This document shows positions 40,907 to 55,600 of a stretch of 64,000 bases of DNA, piece by piece. Both the position numbers and the translations under genes were made by a program. The stretch is from the NCBI GenBank assembly GCA_012295275.1, contig CM022679.1, forward strand, positions 12,090,001-12,154,000, written 5' to 3'. A model generated the notes under the pieces. The model did no database searches. It was not told the DNA's origin and worked only from the letters and a program-made list of their open reading frames with translations. Positions within the stretch are counted from its first letter, which is position 1. Every line of letters starts with the position of its first letter. This stretch comes from Chrysomallon squamiferum (lineage: Eukaryota; Animalia; Mollusca).

Positions 40907-42477
40907 AAAGAATGAAGAAAGAAAGAAAAGAAGGAAAGTTAATATAAAGGATGATCGAAAAAGTCTGAATCCAAGTATATCAGACTTGCCAAGCACATTC
41001 TCATATAAATGTATATATATTTATTTATCTCTAAGGTGCATAAACATCTACCATAAATACTGAAGTGTCTGAATACGCACTATATAAAAGCATTCCTTTA
41101 ATTGATATCTTCAAGTCTGCAAACAAATTTGGAGAATATTAATTTAAAATAAAGCTGCAGTAAATGATAACACGCGGTAGTATTTTTTTTTTTAGTTTCA
41201 TCAACAGATAAAAATCTATTCACTACGATACCAGTAGAAATTTATTACCAGACTTGTGCAACTTGTTCATATTCATACGAAATAATATAATTAAACATTC
41301 AAATTACACAAAATTATTACACGTTTCTTAGTGAAACTCACAACCTTTCAGCAGCCGCTCTTTTTTTTAATATTAGTGAAGTAGAATTTTGGGCAAACTG
41401 AGTGGAGTTCAGTGTGGTTTTATCCATTGGGATTATATCCTAGAGGAGTTTTCTCTAGTTACCTGAATGTATCAGAAGTAGACTTAATTCTCAAACTAAA
41501 CTAAATATAATATCATGATCTGTTACAATCCACTAGTAAAAGCAAGAAAGGCATGAACAACTATTTGTCTTCCATTCTCTCTCGACACAGTTATTATTTC
41601 GAGCTGTCGGCGTAATACAAAATTCAGAAGAGGTTACAGTTTCTGGAGTTATTTTTCAAAATTGTGTGTGGTAGCAACAAAATACGCTACACGTGAGTGC
41701 GAGTATTTCATGCGTCTGTTCATCGCAGATTGGGTTTCCTTCAGCGTGCGCATGCATGCTTCCTGGTTTCAATTAGCTGCAGAAAGGAATGCTAATGACA
41801 GTTGAGTTGTGTTGTGTTTGGCTTCTACCAATACAAACAACTTCCACCACTCATTGCCAGCCTGATATGGTTTACGATTGTTATATTTTACACTAACCGT
41901 GAGGTATGCATTCTTTACTGTAGTAAGTGCACGAACAGGAGTTCTTATTTACAGAACTATATAAGTTACGACTAAGCCCTAATTTTGGAGAATACGAAAC
42001 CCATTCTTCATACCTATATATATTTATACATGAGTGTGTGTTAATAAAATTCTGATGTGTAAATGGAAATTTGTTTAGTTTATGCATGCATAGTTGAACG
42101 TGACCTAAATGTAGTATCTGACTATGTTGTAATGTATCGAAAGTTTGTACTGATTAAAAAATATGCACTTTTTAGAATCCTCTTTGTACTTGCCATTGTT
42201 GTTTTATGAAACACTGACGTTAGTATTTTCTTTTTAAATTCAATTTACTCCACATTCGTATATCACAATACAAGCTAAATCGGCATTTGATTTAACAAAG
42301 CGGAATAGATTCCATCGCTTCACGTGTTTGATTTGACGTGTCTACAATAACACTGTCGATAAGCACGAGAGTAGAAGGATTCATCACAAATTACCTCAAT
42401 TAATGACATCCTTTCCTTAATTATATTGAGAAGATATTGGATCATCTCTTAGCCAAGTCTCGAATCAGTGAGAAACA

Positions 42478-42590
42478 AACTGGCGCGATATTTCTATCTG
42501 ACGTCAATTATCCAATCAAAGCAATGAAAAGGACTTCTTCCGGAAACACGCCAATCAAAGTGGTGCAGTTGGAGCGATATTGGCAGACTA
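42478..42590. promoter_or_regulatory. Promoter/enhancer-like module: CRE, two CCAAT/TCF-overlapping words and a palindromic ETS-like site
   Basis: TGACGTCA (42499-42506), CCAATCAAAG twice (42512-42521 and 42551-42560, 39 bp apart), TTCCGGAA (42538-42545). Confidence 0.4.
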
Positions 42591-43381
42591 ATGCTTTTAG
42601 CATTCCAATCTCTTTTACAGATGTCATCTTGCCAAGAAGTTCGCCGAGGCTGTCAAAAGATATAAAATATTTTATGAATGATTACGTATTCCCAGTGTAT
42701 TACCAAATCAATTACCGAAAATTTGTATTGATAAGGAGTAGCTGACAATTAATGGAGGGATTTACGAAGGAGACAAGCTAATGGCTGAAATAAGCAGAGG
42801 TCACATTCAGCCCAAATTGTTTATGACTGAATGAAACGACCATGGAAAACAGATTGCCATCTTGTTAAGAATTTGAACATGCCTGACAGTAAAATATGTC
42901 CCCATGTGACCTTCTTCTCGTTATTATTTTATAAAATCACGACATGCAGAAGACAGAAAATAAATAACGACATTTGAGAGAATATTCGCGTCACAAACTT
43001 GAATAATACTTCATTTAGAATTGATATGTTTATTTTTTATAGCCTGCTACAGACACTTTTTAATTTTTTTATTTATTTATTTTTTTATTTTTTTTTTTTT
43101 TTTTTTTTGAGAGTAGTAGAGAAAACTAATATCACGAATCATAATGCTCTTAAACAATTTTTGTCTATTACAAAAATATTTTTTGGTTTTGATCAATCTG
43201 ATGAAATCTAAAAAAAATTCTTGGATCTTTGGTTGAAGTATTTGAAAACGACTGCGCAGAACTTCAATCTCTGTTCTAGTCGTAATAAAACTACTCTGAA
43301 CCCATTTACAAAAATTATCTAAAAAACAAAAGCCCCCAAGTCCATAAATGCACAGGCCAACAAAGCCCCCCCGATAGAATC

Positions 43382-43462
<81 letters not shown>

Positions 43463-45794
43463 AAATAATAAAGGAAAAAAAGGGAAAAAAATTAGGTCAA
43501 AAGATCACGGTAAATAAAAAATGAGGTAGTACAAACTCTCCTCAACGTAAAAAAAAACAAACAAGGAAAAACACAAAGAAACAAAATTCTACCATTGTTT
43601 AATATTTCCTGTGAGAACCTAATTATCAAAATCATGGAATTTATGTAATTAGTTATTTGGGTCATGTAAAATGAGTGTGATCAGCTTTAGTCATATTATC
43701 AAATGACGTCTGGAGTTTTAGTAAGCTTTTGATACTATTTGACTGGATATGCTTTGATATAAATTCTTCGTTCAAACTGTGTTCTTTATCTTAATTGTGA
43801 TTATTACCATAGTTATTTTCGTAGTGATCAGTTATGTTGATCAAACAAACACAAAAATTGATAATCATGCCATTATTATGCTGATTTTGATAAAGATATG
43901 TAGTTTGTTATGCTTTAATAAAGTGGTTGTTTGCAAAGTTACTTTTTTGTGGTGTGTGTGTCCTACCTTGATTTTTCACTGTCAGGCTTTTATCCGCCTG
44001 TGCATTTATGGCCTGGTGGGCTTATGTCCTACATTCGAAAAATATTGCCATCTTAGTTTTGTTTCTGTTATCTAAGTAGTCAACGTATTGTAAACCTTAT
44101 TGAACTGCCAAATTATCTGGTCGAAAGAACGAAATAATAAAAGCAGAAACGTGCTCATCTTTAAAAATAATTAATATAAATATTCATGAACTGTTTATTA
44201 GACATTTTCAGTTTCCATTATCAGCTTGCACATCATATACGGTGGCTTGAATATATATCTTCATTATTTGTTTTTGAAAAAAACATATGCATGTAAGTAC
44301 GTATTATGTATGTATATATGTATGTCTTTATGTGTGTATATATGTATGTATGTGTGTATGTATGTATGTATGTATGTATGTATGTATGTATGTATGTATG
44401 TGTCTTTATATAATTAAAAAAATCAAACATAATTAAAATAGAAAAAAATATTTTCGAAGTATGAAGTCAAAATATGTTAACAGAATATCAGAAGATAATT
44501 TGCGATTTTTATATTTAATTTTGATCACAGACCAAATGTTTTACGAGATTTCTTTCCCACAAATCGCTTGACAATAACAACACAGAGGGATGCATAATAT
44601 ACACTGACAATGATTGGAAATGCCTTCATACATTTTAATTTATGTCTTCTTTGCCTGCGGTGTCCTAAACTCACAACAGGCTAATCTGCGCTTGTCAACA
44701 GTAAAACAAGGAACAAATGACAGAGTGTCAAAAGACGCCGAGAGAAATGGCTGGGCCTGCCACAGCGTCACCAGGGGTCGCGACCTGCGAGAAATAGATT
44801 GAAGAGTTGTCTGTAAGGGGAGAGAATTATGAAGCAACGTCGACAAAGGTCAAGCAATTTTCTGCCGAGACATATTAAATTCGCTCAAGGGGTTTAGATT
44901 TGCGCTTCAATATTAGTCGCCTCGACGACGTAAATTTGTCTTGTCAGAGAATTAATGTGCCTGGTTGTTACTGGAGTGATTAGAAATGATGCGAGGCCGT
45001 ACGCCTCTCCGACCCACCATTTTCTCTTGTGTTTCGATACCGACAACAGTCGATAGGTCAGGCTTTGTTTATTAGAAATCGTATGAGAGGCATATCTAAT
45101 TTTGTGTAAAATTTGTAATCTGTTTTTACAAGATTTACAAGATTTACTGTAACTGAAAAAGAAATCCATAAAAAAAAAGAAAATAATAACACGGTCTGGA
45201 GAAATGGAAATTAAATCAGTTTTAGTTAACTGATATAAATATTAGTTAATTTGAAAATTTATGTAATCAGATAATGATTTGAACAAATAAAAGAAGAAAT
45301 TAAATAACCTTTTGGCGACTTTAATATATATTAAACTGTATTGTAGCTTGGAAAAGGTTAAATTTTATAGAATGTTTTCATGTTAATAATATATACATAA
45401 ATACATACAAGCATTTATGCATTTATACATTCGTACTTATGTATAAAACCTTGAACCTAATAAAGATATTAATCTAGATGATATAATGCTCTGTACAGTT
45501 TCCATTAATATGATTTTGTAATGTTTTGTTAAATATTTAAAGTCGAGTAAAATTTATAATTTAATTTTTTTTCTCTCATAGTCTTATTATACAATTTTTC
45601 TTAACACGCACTCATAAATGGAAAACAAGTAATTATTGGTGATTGATTCTGTGGTAAACTGAAACCAAGATCTATTCTTTCAGCATAACGTGTAAAAATG
45701 TGTTGACAACACAGTTTAGATTTCCAAGTGACTAAATTGCAAATATCATAATTTAACGATAAAAAAATATGTAAGCAATTAATACATTTTTACA

Positions 45795-45834
<40 letters not shown>

Positions 45835-46758
45835 TTTTTTTTTTTATTATTATTCATGGCTATCATTGTCATCATCATTCTTGTTGTTGCTGTAGCATAT
45901 TGGTTTTTCTTTCTGGCCTTAATTCATTTTTAAAATAGCATTTTCACTTTAACTACACATGTCAGCGAAACACTATATCACTTTACAAATATTCCTTTCT
46001 TTAGTTTTCCAGGCCGTTAGAGGTTAAGTGTGAATTATGGCGCCTGACAACTGTTTTTGGAATGAATCCTATTTGCAGTAAATCAGTCTTGGATCGTCGT
46101 ACAATATACAGGAGGCGATAACTCTGAATTTATCTGCGTATACACGCTCATCCTTAACACTGATGCCCCGTGCCTTTGTCCATATTATCACCAATTGAGA
46201 CGCGATTTACTGTCGGCTCATCGCCTGGCTATGTCGTCCATAACACCATTATGAGGTCCGAGCGACAGTTTGTTAAACCTCGGAGAGAAATGATGTCTAT
46301 CATGGGGCAAGAAGCAGTTACATTTTGTACGATCGATGGGCAAAGGTTATTCCGGTGATGAGGTCATTTCTGAAGATGTTTGTTTTCGTTGTTGTCAGAA
46401 ACTGGGCTTTGCTTGTTAGTAGATTGTCAGATTGTTGAGTAATAGATCGTCGGATCGATCGCTAATAGTTTAAGCTCGACTACTAATGAGTCTGTGACTT
46501 GACACAGCGTACTAATGATCTCTGTAGTTACTGGTTTTCGAGAGCACGAAGAATACTGATGTCTGCTAAGTATATATTATTCTCGGTTTGTGCACAGTCG
46601 ATATTAACTGATACCGTTTGTATATTTAGCTGATATTATTTAATTATGTTATTTATAACAAAACCGATGTCAGTCAAAAAGGAACAAGCACTGGACATGT
46701 GGTCCGACTGGAAAAATGGGAAATTGTATATATTTATATATATATATATACATATGTA

Positions 46759-46839
<81 letters not shown>

Positions 46840-48707
46840 GATTGGTATGGGCGAAACTGACATACTTCGACACCTGTATGTTTGATGAGATTATAATTAC
46901 TTCATCTATATTTGTTATCTTTTTTCACTCTTCTTCAAGTAGTCTGAGATTGTAATAAAAAAAAATAGTTTTGGAGGTAATCCAGCGTATTTTTCAGTAT
47001 AGTTTTATTTAGTTATCTAATTCAAACAACTGTAAAAAGTGTTAAATGAATGGTGGTAGTATTTTGTTGGCAAAAAGTTGTTTATTTTATTTTTTATTTG
47101 TTACCAGTTTATTAAAAAACTGAAGTCTGACAAGTTTCTGATTTAAGTGAATTTTGTTCATATACACATTAGCAGTTTAAAAGTAAAAAAAAAAAACATT
47201 TACTATATTCTCTCTTTTTTTTTTTTTTTTTTTTTTTGCTGTTTTGTTACAGTTATTTATTTATTTATTTACATTATCTCATTATTGTTCATTTTTTTTT
47301 TTTCTTTTTTTTTTCCTTTTTTTTAATATTTGAATTTCTTATTATTTGCATCTTGTTATTATCACAAGATAAAGTGATCTGTCGAACGTAAGATTTCTAC
47401 TTTATTTAAAGCTATGGAATGATCCTGTAGCAGAACAGAAGAACTATATTCGATATTTCTATATTATTTACATTTATTTTTCATGTGGAAGTTATGAAAG
47501 TTAATACAATTAACAAATAAGAATAATAAGTATACGAAACGTAGGTGTCACTAATCTATAGTACGTTTCAATATATTTAAATACAGACCTATTAAATTTA
47601 CCACACGCTCAAGTTTTATCTTGCCAGGACTGATATTAGCAGCTAAAAGAGTTAAGATTATTTTAATAACTCTTTACTAATAATTATTCTTTTTTCTTCT
47701 TCTTCTTCTTCACTAGAACGAGAACTGTTCCGCTAAAACTGCTGGCACTAATCGCTGAAATATCTGAGAAAATGTAGGTGTTTAACAAATAGCATGTGAA
47801 GCAAATGGGAGATAACCTTTTCAGCCAGCTAATATTTTGCAAGTTTTATCTCGACTAATTACGCTGAAGTACTTTATCATAGATTTATTGCAAAACGGCT
47901 ACAACTCTCACGACTAAACAACGAAATAATGTTATAATTTGATAAGTATCGTCAGTTTATCGATAGCTCATTAAGAAACAATTATTCTGATTTGTGACAC
48001 TTCCTTTATCTTTTTTTTTCTCTCTAATCTTACGTGACGTCATTTAAACTCTAACTTTTATTTATTTTTAATTTTATTTATTTATTTTACTATTTTTTTT
48101 TTTTTTTTTTTAAAGAAGGGGTAAACAAAAAAATCATTGCCGGAAAAAGTAATTTAGAATATTGCCAAAACGGCGCAATCATTCTCTCGTTTCCAAACCA
48201 CCCAGTGACTTTTGCAGGCCATAATTCTTAACCAATCCTAGTCAGATGTCTGAGTGCAAAATATATAGCACTTTCTAAACGGCAACCTTTCATCATTAAT
48301 CATGCATTAAATGGTTGAGACATGACATCGGACGACAGCTATGATCTCATCTTTGGCAAGTTTTACACATTCTCTGCCTCAAACAGAAGTAGTGCTATTT
48401 CCTGCCGCAGATAAGCTGCCCACAAACGTTTCGCTGGCAGTGATATATGAGTGTGAACTCAAAAGGGAAAGGCGCGCACTGAGAGATCTGCTCCACATCT
48501 TCACTCATCGGCAAAAATGGGCCGCTCATCTCGGGGAGCAGATAAGTAAAACATAAATTTATAAATTTCTTCTGACAGGGCCATCAACGATAAAACGCAT
48601 ACAGCGGAGCTTTAAATGTACGATCTGTCAGCTTGTCAGTCATAATTAGAAAAATATTTTCTTATAATAAACAGTATAGAGTTGCAGAATAAGCCGGCAG
48701 CAGAGAG

Positions 48708-48957
48708 TAAATTAGACAAATGCTTCGTGCTGCAGCCAGATCAAGAGTCTTGGTTACTGTAAAGCTGTTATCTTTTGACAGCCGGTGCCCGCGAAAAGCG
48801 ATTACTGACAGACACGGGGCCCACCAGGATGGAAAAACCTACCATACCTCTTTCATCACGTTAGACGTGCTTATCATGTGAGCAATTAATTCTGCGTTCC
48901 CGAGTGCTGGTTAGGCTGACAGATGAAGTCACACAAGATTTCACCAGATATCAATCA
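48708..48957. promoter_or_regulatory. Duplicated non-coding element, copy 2
   Basis: Same orientation as 34079-34307, about 14.6 kb downstream, with the same order of conserved blocks. Confidence 0.5.
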
Positions 48958-49510
48958 CTCGACTGCACTTTGCGCCTTCAGAGGTATTTTTATGTGAGAG
49001 ACTTAGCTGCGTAGGTAACAGAGATGCCCCGAAGCTCGACAGGTATTGGGATCGTTCAACCATAGAGGAACATTAGTTTTCATATTCCTTTAAATGCTGA
49101 ACACTGTTATAGACTACATTATACATTTTTCATCACATCAGACCCCATAAACGTTAAATAAACACGTTAGTAATCAAGTGTAACTGACTGTTAGTTCTTC
49201 CAGTTAATTCATTTCTTCTGTATTACACAAACTTCTGTGATAAAGCTATATTTAATGGAGAGTCGGAAAGGGTTTATCTTTTATTTTGAGTGGCATGTTA
49301 CGATATGTTGTGGGGTATCGAGAACGATCCAGGATGTTCCCATTTAGTAAAGACTGCGAGACTGGAGCTCTTCGGCTGTCAGTACCTGCCAAATTGAGGC
49401 ACCATCTTAAAAGTTTTATCTGAATGAGGTGAACAACAGCAAAAAAAATAAATAAATAAATAAATAAAATAAATAAAAAATACTACTACTAATAATAATA
49501 ATAATAAATA

Positions 49511-49620
<110 letters not shown>

Positions 49621-50182
49621 TATAAAAATTAAAAGATGAAAATGTTAAAAATGTATATGATGACTACTTATTAAAAACAAATCGAGTAATCATTGCCCTC
49701 TAAGCATATTTGCTATTTCACACTTGTCTGTGTATTCGAACCTTTGAATCAGAAATACACATAGTTTGTTTGTAAAACCCCATTAGCAGTGTTTGAAATA
49801 GTCTGCATACTTTGTTTGGTTTCTAAAATTTAATTTCCCAGAACAAATACACAGAGTGAGATATGTATAACTCCATAGTTTGACCTGTATTAACCTTTAC
49901 CTAAAAGAGAAAATGATTTACCATGACAAGTTCGTACGGACGATACTCATATATTTTACGAATAATAAATATATTTTCTATTCACAGTATTAATGGAATG
50001 CACTGCACAGAGTACATATTTAAATTATTACTACAGTGTACTGAATGAAAGCCATATTTCAATTTTTGCTTTCACATAATTATTAGAAGGTAGGTTTCTT
50101 TTAATCTTTACCGCTGTCGATCTAATTTACAGTTTCAGTGTCTCAAACTCAGACTTATCCGGTGTGTGTGCGTGCGCGTACA

Positions 50183-50248
<66 letters not shown>

Positions 50249-50300
50249 TTAAACTAATTTTCATTTATTGTGAAAAATTTGATCACCACAATGAAGATTT

Positions 50301-50333
<33 letters not shown>

Positions 50334-51246
50334 CATTTTCTCTATCAGCTCTTGAAGGTTATTTATTTATTAGTTTATTCTTCTTATTATTATTATTTGT
50401 ACTATATCAAACAATTATTAGTAAATTTCTAAAAGTAAGTTATACTTAAATACTATGTTTATTTCCTTCGGCGTTAATAGTCATTTGTAAAAAGAACTGG
50501 ATACACTTTCAAGTTATCCGTGCCAGCAACGGTTAATATTTTCAGGTTAATGCAAATTCTTCGTGCTTCCCTGTAACTTAAATTAAAAGCATTAAAATCC
50601 CCCAAAGGCTGTAAAGATGTATTACCTGTCGCTACGCAGGCGCACGAAGCTGCTGCGGACCATAAATCACGGAGCCCAAAAAAAAAAAAAAAAAACCGTT
50701 AGAAAAAAACCCAAACTTAATTGAACTTTGAGAAGTAGCTTACAGTAGGAAATAAACGGACCAGCCTCATCCCATTGCAGAAGTAGACGTATTTACTCAT
50801 AAATAATCTACGATGTAGCAAACTAGTTTTGTTGTGTAATATTTCACGTTTAACTGGAAATAATATTTCGTGTACTGAAACGGTATCACAATGTGATTTA
50901 TTTATTGTTTGGCGCTTTGACATTATTCTTTTTTTTAATTTTTCCTTCTTTGAAAGCATCATAAAAAAAAAAAAATGTTGCAGACGACAAGGATAATTCA
51001 GTTTTTGAAAGTTAATTTTAGATCCATTCTGAACTTTACAAAATTAACTTCTATAACATCCTGCAACACATAATTACATCATCTCAATGCTATCATATCA
51101 AAATAACGAAAATAACCGAATTTTTCGCTCATTATTAACTTTAAAGTTACGAAATCTCAAACGTATGGAAGTAATAATATTAAATCGTGGGTTTGTTATT
51201 TATATATTATTATTTTCTTTTAGCTAAGGCCACCTTATCGAATCTT

Positions 51247-51341
<95 letters not shown>

Positions 51342-51627
51342 AACGGCGTTTAATTTTGGTTTCAGAAAAAAATGAAAATATTAACTTTTAAAAAATGTAT
51401 TTAATGTGCTGTGAAGAACTGCAGCGTTCTGAACTATCCGATACTGAAAATCATTGATACTAAAGTACAGCTTCACAACAAGTCTTGACGTTTTATTAGG
51501 TGCCAAACTATAGTTTTTTATGTGTGTGTGTGACTGATCTGTATCTTACAGATAAATCGCTTCCACGTCAGTCATCTGATTACTAGAATCTACTGCGCTG
51601 CATTTTTGTCACAAACAAAATAAATAA

Positions 51628-51725
51628 AGAAAGAAAGAAAGAAGAAATGAAATCGCCAGAAAGAACTGAACCTATGACCTATCGCGTTTTAGCAAGCGCT
51701 CTATAACTGAACCACATCTCTGCCC
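51628..51725 (-). mobile_element. Decayed tRNA-derived SINE head with adjacent (GAAA)n tail remnant
   Basis: Minus strand reads gggcagagatgtggttcagttatagagcgcttgctaaaacgcgataggtcataggttcagttc, with degenerate A- and B-boxes but no intact cloverleaf. Confidence 0.55.
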
Positions 51726-52569
51726 TACGTCTAATTTTTCGAGATGATGTTAGACAACTCTGTGAGGAAATACAAATATCTTCTCGACTGTTTCTTGTCA
51801 GTGAAATCATTCCCTCATCACACACCCTATACCTGCAGCTCGTATCAGACGTTTTACTGGGATGGAGTCTGCACAAAAGATTCGTTTCCAGTCAACATAG
51901 CTTTGTTTCACGGCTGTCTTAACGCGAAAAGATTGAAATCCCTTTGATGATAAATTACCGTTTGAGGCGTCATGCAATGTATGCACGGTCATTCGCACAG
52001 AGAAAGACAGACATATGCGAAATTCAAAAGCTGCACGAATATACTCTTTGTTTAAATATTTACGAACTAGAGCACGTCACCATTTTGCTGTTTTCTTTCG
52101 TTTGAACTGGGATGTGTTGAATAAGTTAGGACCCTTTTTTTCAGTTTTTCTCTTTTTTTATAAGAAAGAAAGAAAAGAATAAAGAAAGAAAAGAATAAAG
52201 AAAGAAAGAAATAGAAACATGAAAAGAAAAAAGATGCTAATAAAATGAGTCCTCTATATTGAATCCACAATATTAAAGTTTGCATTACAAATCAACCAAA
52301 CAGCAAACCAATCAATCAGCTAATCCATCATCCAATAAATCAACCAGTCAGCCATCGAACCGAGCAACCAGTTAATCAACCAGCCAACCAAACAGTCAAC
52401 CATTAAAGAGCCAAACAGTCGAACCAGTGGACCAGTCGATCAGTTGAGACGTGCTTACATTTGCTATAGCACATCTATACTGGGCACTTTATCTGGAGGC
52501 CAGGAAACAGTATTAGTGTTATTATTTTAGATGATTACGTACTGAGAAAAGGTTATGTAGTGATTCTCT

Positions 52570-52645
52570 AATCAGTTCTGGGTTCTAACCGGGATGCGAT
52601 CCCGATATGTCCAATAGTTTAATCGTTACTTAGCATTATCAGTCC
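52570..52645 (-). mobile_element. Possible second SINE-family head relic
   Basis: accgggatgcgatccc is the reverse complement of a B-box-like gggatcgcatcccggt; resembles a gastropod SINE head from memory only. Confidence 0.3.
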
Positions 52646-55600
52646 TGTACTGTTAGAGACGTGAAAAGAAGAATGTATTGATTTTCTTAAACCTCCCCAT
52701 TTTTGCAGACGCTTACAACTGAATACTATGTACCAATATGTCTACTGATTAACTAATTTAATTTTTTGTTCGGTTTCAGTTGTCATTATAGTTTTACTCA
52801 GTACAGGCAGTATTCGAAATTCTTCGACTTACTGGTTTCTCTGTTTGTCCAAAGGAAAATACATCTCTTAATAGTATTTATAACACACATTGTTTGTTTT
52901 TACGACTCACTTATTTTTGTTTATGCTAGCTTCCATTTCAACTAAAAATACATTGACTGCAAATGCAAAAGAGAAAGCGTTGATTCTGTAGGAGTATTAG
53001 CTTCTAATCTAATGTTTTTCAATCTGTTTAATTAGTTTACTTAGGTGTGGTTAACAGTAATAATATTCAGTCTTAAACAGGTATGTCTTATAGCGCCCGT
53101 GTTAAAATGCTTATGCTAATATCAGTAAAACAGGGAAAACTGTAAGAAAAGAATAGGTGTAACTTTGTAAGTGTGTATGTGTGTGTGTGTGTGTGTGTGT
53201 TTGTGTAGAGGAGTAGCTATATAATTATGTATCTCTGAATATGTCTCTGTCAGATACGTACAAAAAAGGCAACCATATACAATAATATGTCTGCAGACGC
53301 TTACGCAGAGGCCTCTATGTCAGGTTGTGAGAAAAAATTCACTGCACATTTTTCTTCATTCTTGTTAACTAGTATACATTTTGTTCTGTTGCTATTTTGC
53401 TGTGATAAAATAACCTCATTATCAGGCAGTTGTAGTTGTTGTAACCTCGTCATGCATGTCGCGCTCTACAACTGTAATCCTAAACCACACTCTTTTGACA
53501 GGTAACATTGTCGCTGCCTGTCCACACGAACATTAACAAAGCTATACGACTTTACAGGCTTGAAAACCCACCAAGAAGAATTACTCTGTTCCTATCAGAT
53601 ATCCTATCAATCGCGCCAGCTGACAAGATATGCCGGAACGCCAGTATAACGCGTTGTCTCAAAATATATTCACGAATATTAAGTGATAGGCGATACACTT
53701 GTCCATGTTGACGCGACCAATACAATAACGCACAGTGAAAAGATACATTATCTTAAATCATTCTTTCTCCTGTAATATACGGGTATACATCATGATAATG
53801 TTTAGGTCTGTGACATTTCATAGCCAATAAAGATTACCGTCTGTCTATAATGGGAATATATAGGATGACACGGCGATATATCAACATTTATCAAATTTAT
53901 GGAGGCCCCTTTGAGTGAAGCCGTATCCATATCGTTAGACCACACGCACTGCGCGACAAAATTGTCTTATTAATTTAAAGAAAAAAACACGACAGAAAAT
54001 AGTTTCTTTAATTGGTTCTGCCTTAATGGTTGTTTTCAGGGAATGCTTAATTTGATTTTTATTTTGTACCACGGAAATACCCTCCAACTATAATACATGG
54101 TTAAACAGATGTTTACATTGTGTATTTATGAATGCCTGTCTGCATAAATGTAGTGTATATGTGTGTGGGGAGGATGTTTTGTTAGAATGATAGCAGTTTT
54201 TGTCTCTTTGTCTCTCGATTCCTTAAATGAGCGTTTATATATCTGTGAAATGTAGTATTAACAACGTCTGCATGTTTTTATAAAGAATAATAATGTGTTT
54301 ATGCAATATGTACATATATATTTATCATGCTATGAACCCATGCATGTGCACATGTTTACATGTCTTTTTATGCGTATGTAAATATTTCGAAAATAATTTT
54401 TAAACATATGTTTTCTGAAGGATCGCACTAGTTTTACACGAGATAACCCGAGAAAAAATAACACGCCTTTTCTCATACCCGAGCGCCAGTATGTAGATTT
54501 TGATTATTATAATAAATCTACACCTCGCGATTATCGTTGTGGCGACAGTTAAAACGTACAATATGCCATCTGTTTATTACCTCGGGGTTTTGTTTACAAC
54601 GATTTTGAAAAGAGTGTTAAATTTCGAAACGTGAGACAAACATAATTAGCATACTGTGACTATGAATGGAGGTGATCGGTTTTCATTCGCGCACATTTAT
54701 TGTAAAGAGCATTGTCTTCGGTTACCAGATTTAATATCTCCGTGTCAGAACTTTAGAAATATTGAGGCAAATAAACTTCGTTTGGTTAATTCTTTTTGTT
54801 CAAAATGTTAACGACACGTTAAAGATATTGTTGCTGCTTGATAAAAGGTCTTTATTAATGGTGAGTAGTATATTTGCATTATCATGTATTTTACATTAAT
54901 TGCGGTGACTAATTAAATTATCGCCTGTCACTTCTTTTAACATACACAAACAAAAGCAAGCAGCACACTTACACAATGAGGATACAGACGTACATACGTA
55001 CTTTTTTGAAATAGGACTCACTACCGAATTCGAAACAAACAGTTGAATTCTGACATTTGTGTGTTAAGATATCGGTTTCACTTATTTGTCAGAAAATATG
55101 TTCCTACGTGTTTATTTATTATAAATAATGTTACATTTATCCTTTTATAATAAATGTATATTTTTAAATCCTTCAAAACAAAATGACGCCTCCCTCATGA
55201 TCATATTAGCAACGCTTCTCGCTGTTTTCGCTCGCTCTCTCTCAGTCGTCCATTCGCCTAGAAACCTAGAAGTGACAAAGCTTAATGTCACTAATTGGCT
55301 GTATTCACTACAAAGTCTTCCGACTGGAGGCTGTGTCTGTCACATTTCATGGTTCGAGGGCACTGTGCGAACGATTATCGCCTCTCCAGCCAGGTAGTGA
55401 GTGTTGGCATCCTGTCGGAGATGTCAGTGAAAGGACATAATGTCTTGACAAGAGCAATTGTCTCACAAAGTGTTTCTGCCTTCTGGCCGTGTCTCTTTCT
55501 GTCGTTATTCAAAATCTTCTTTTGCCAAGCCGGAGACTGGTCCGCATCTGCTTTTGTCAGATACTGTCTACCGGCAGCGAATCATTTTTACATAAACTGT

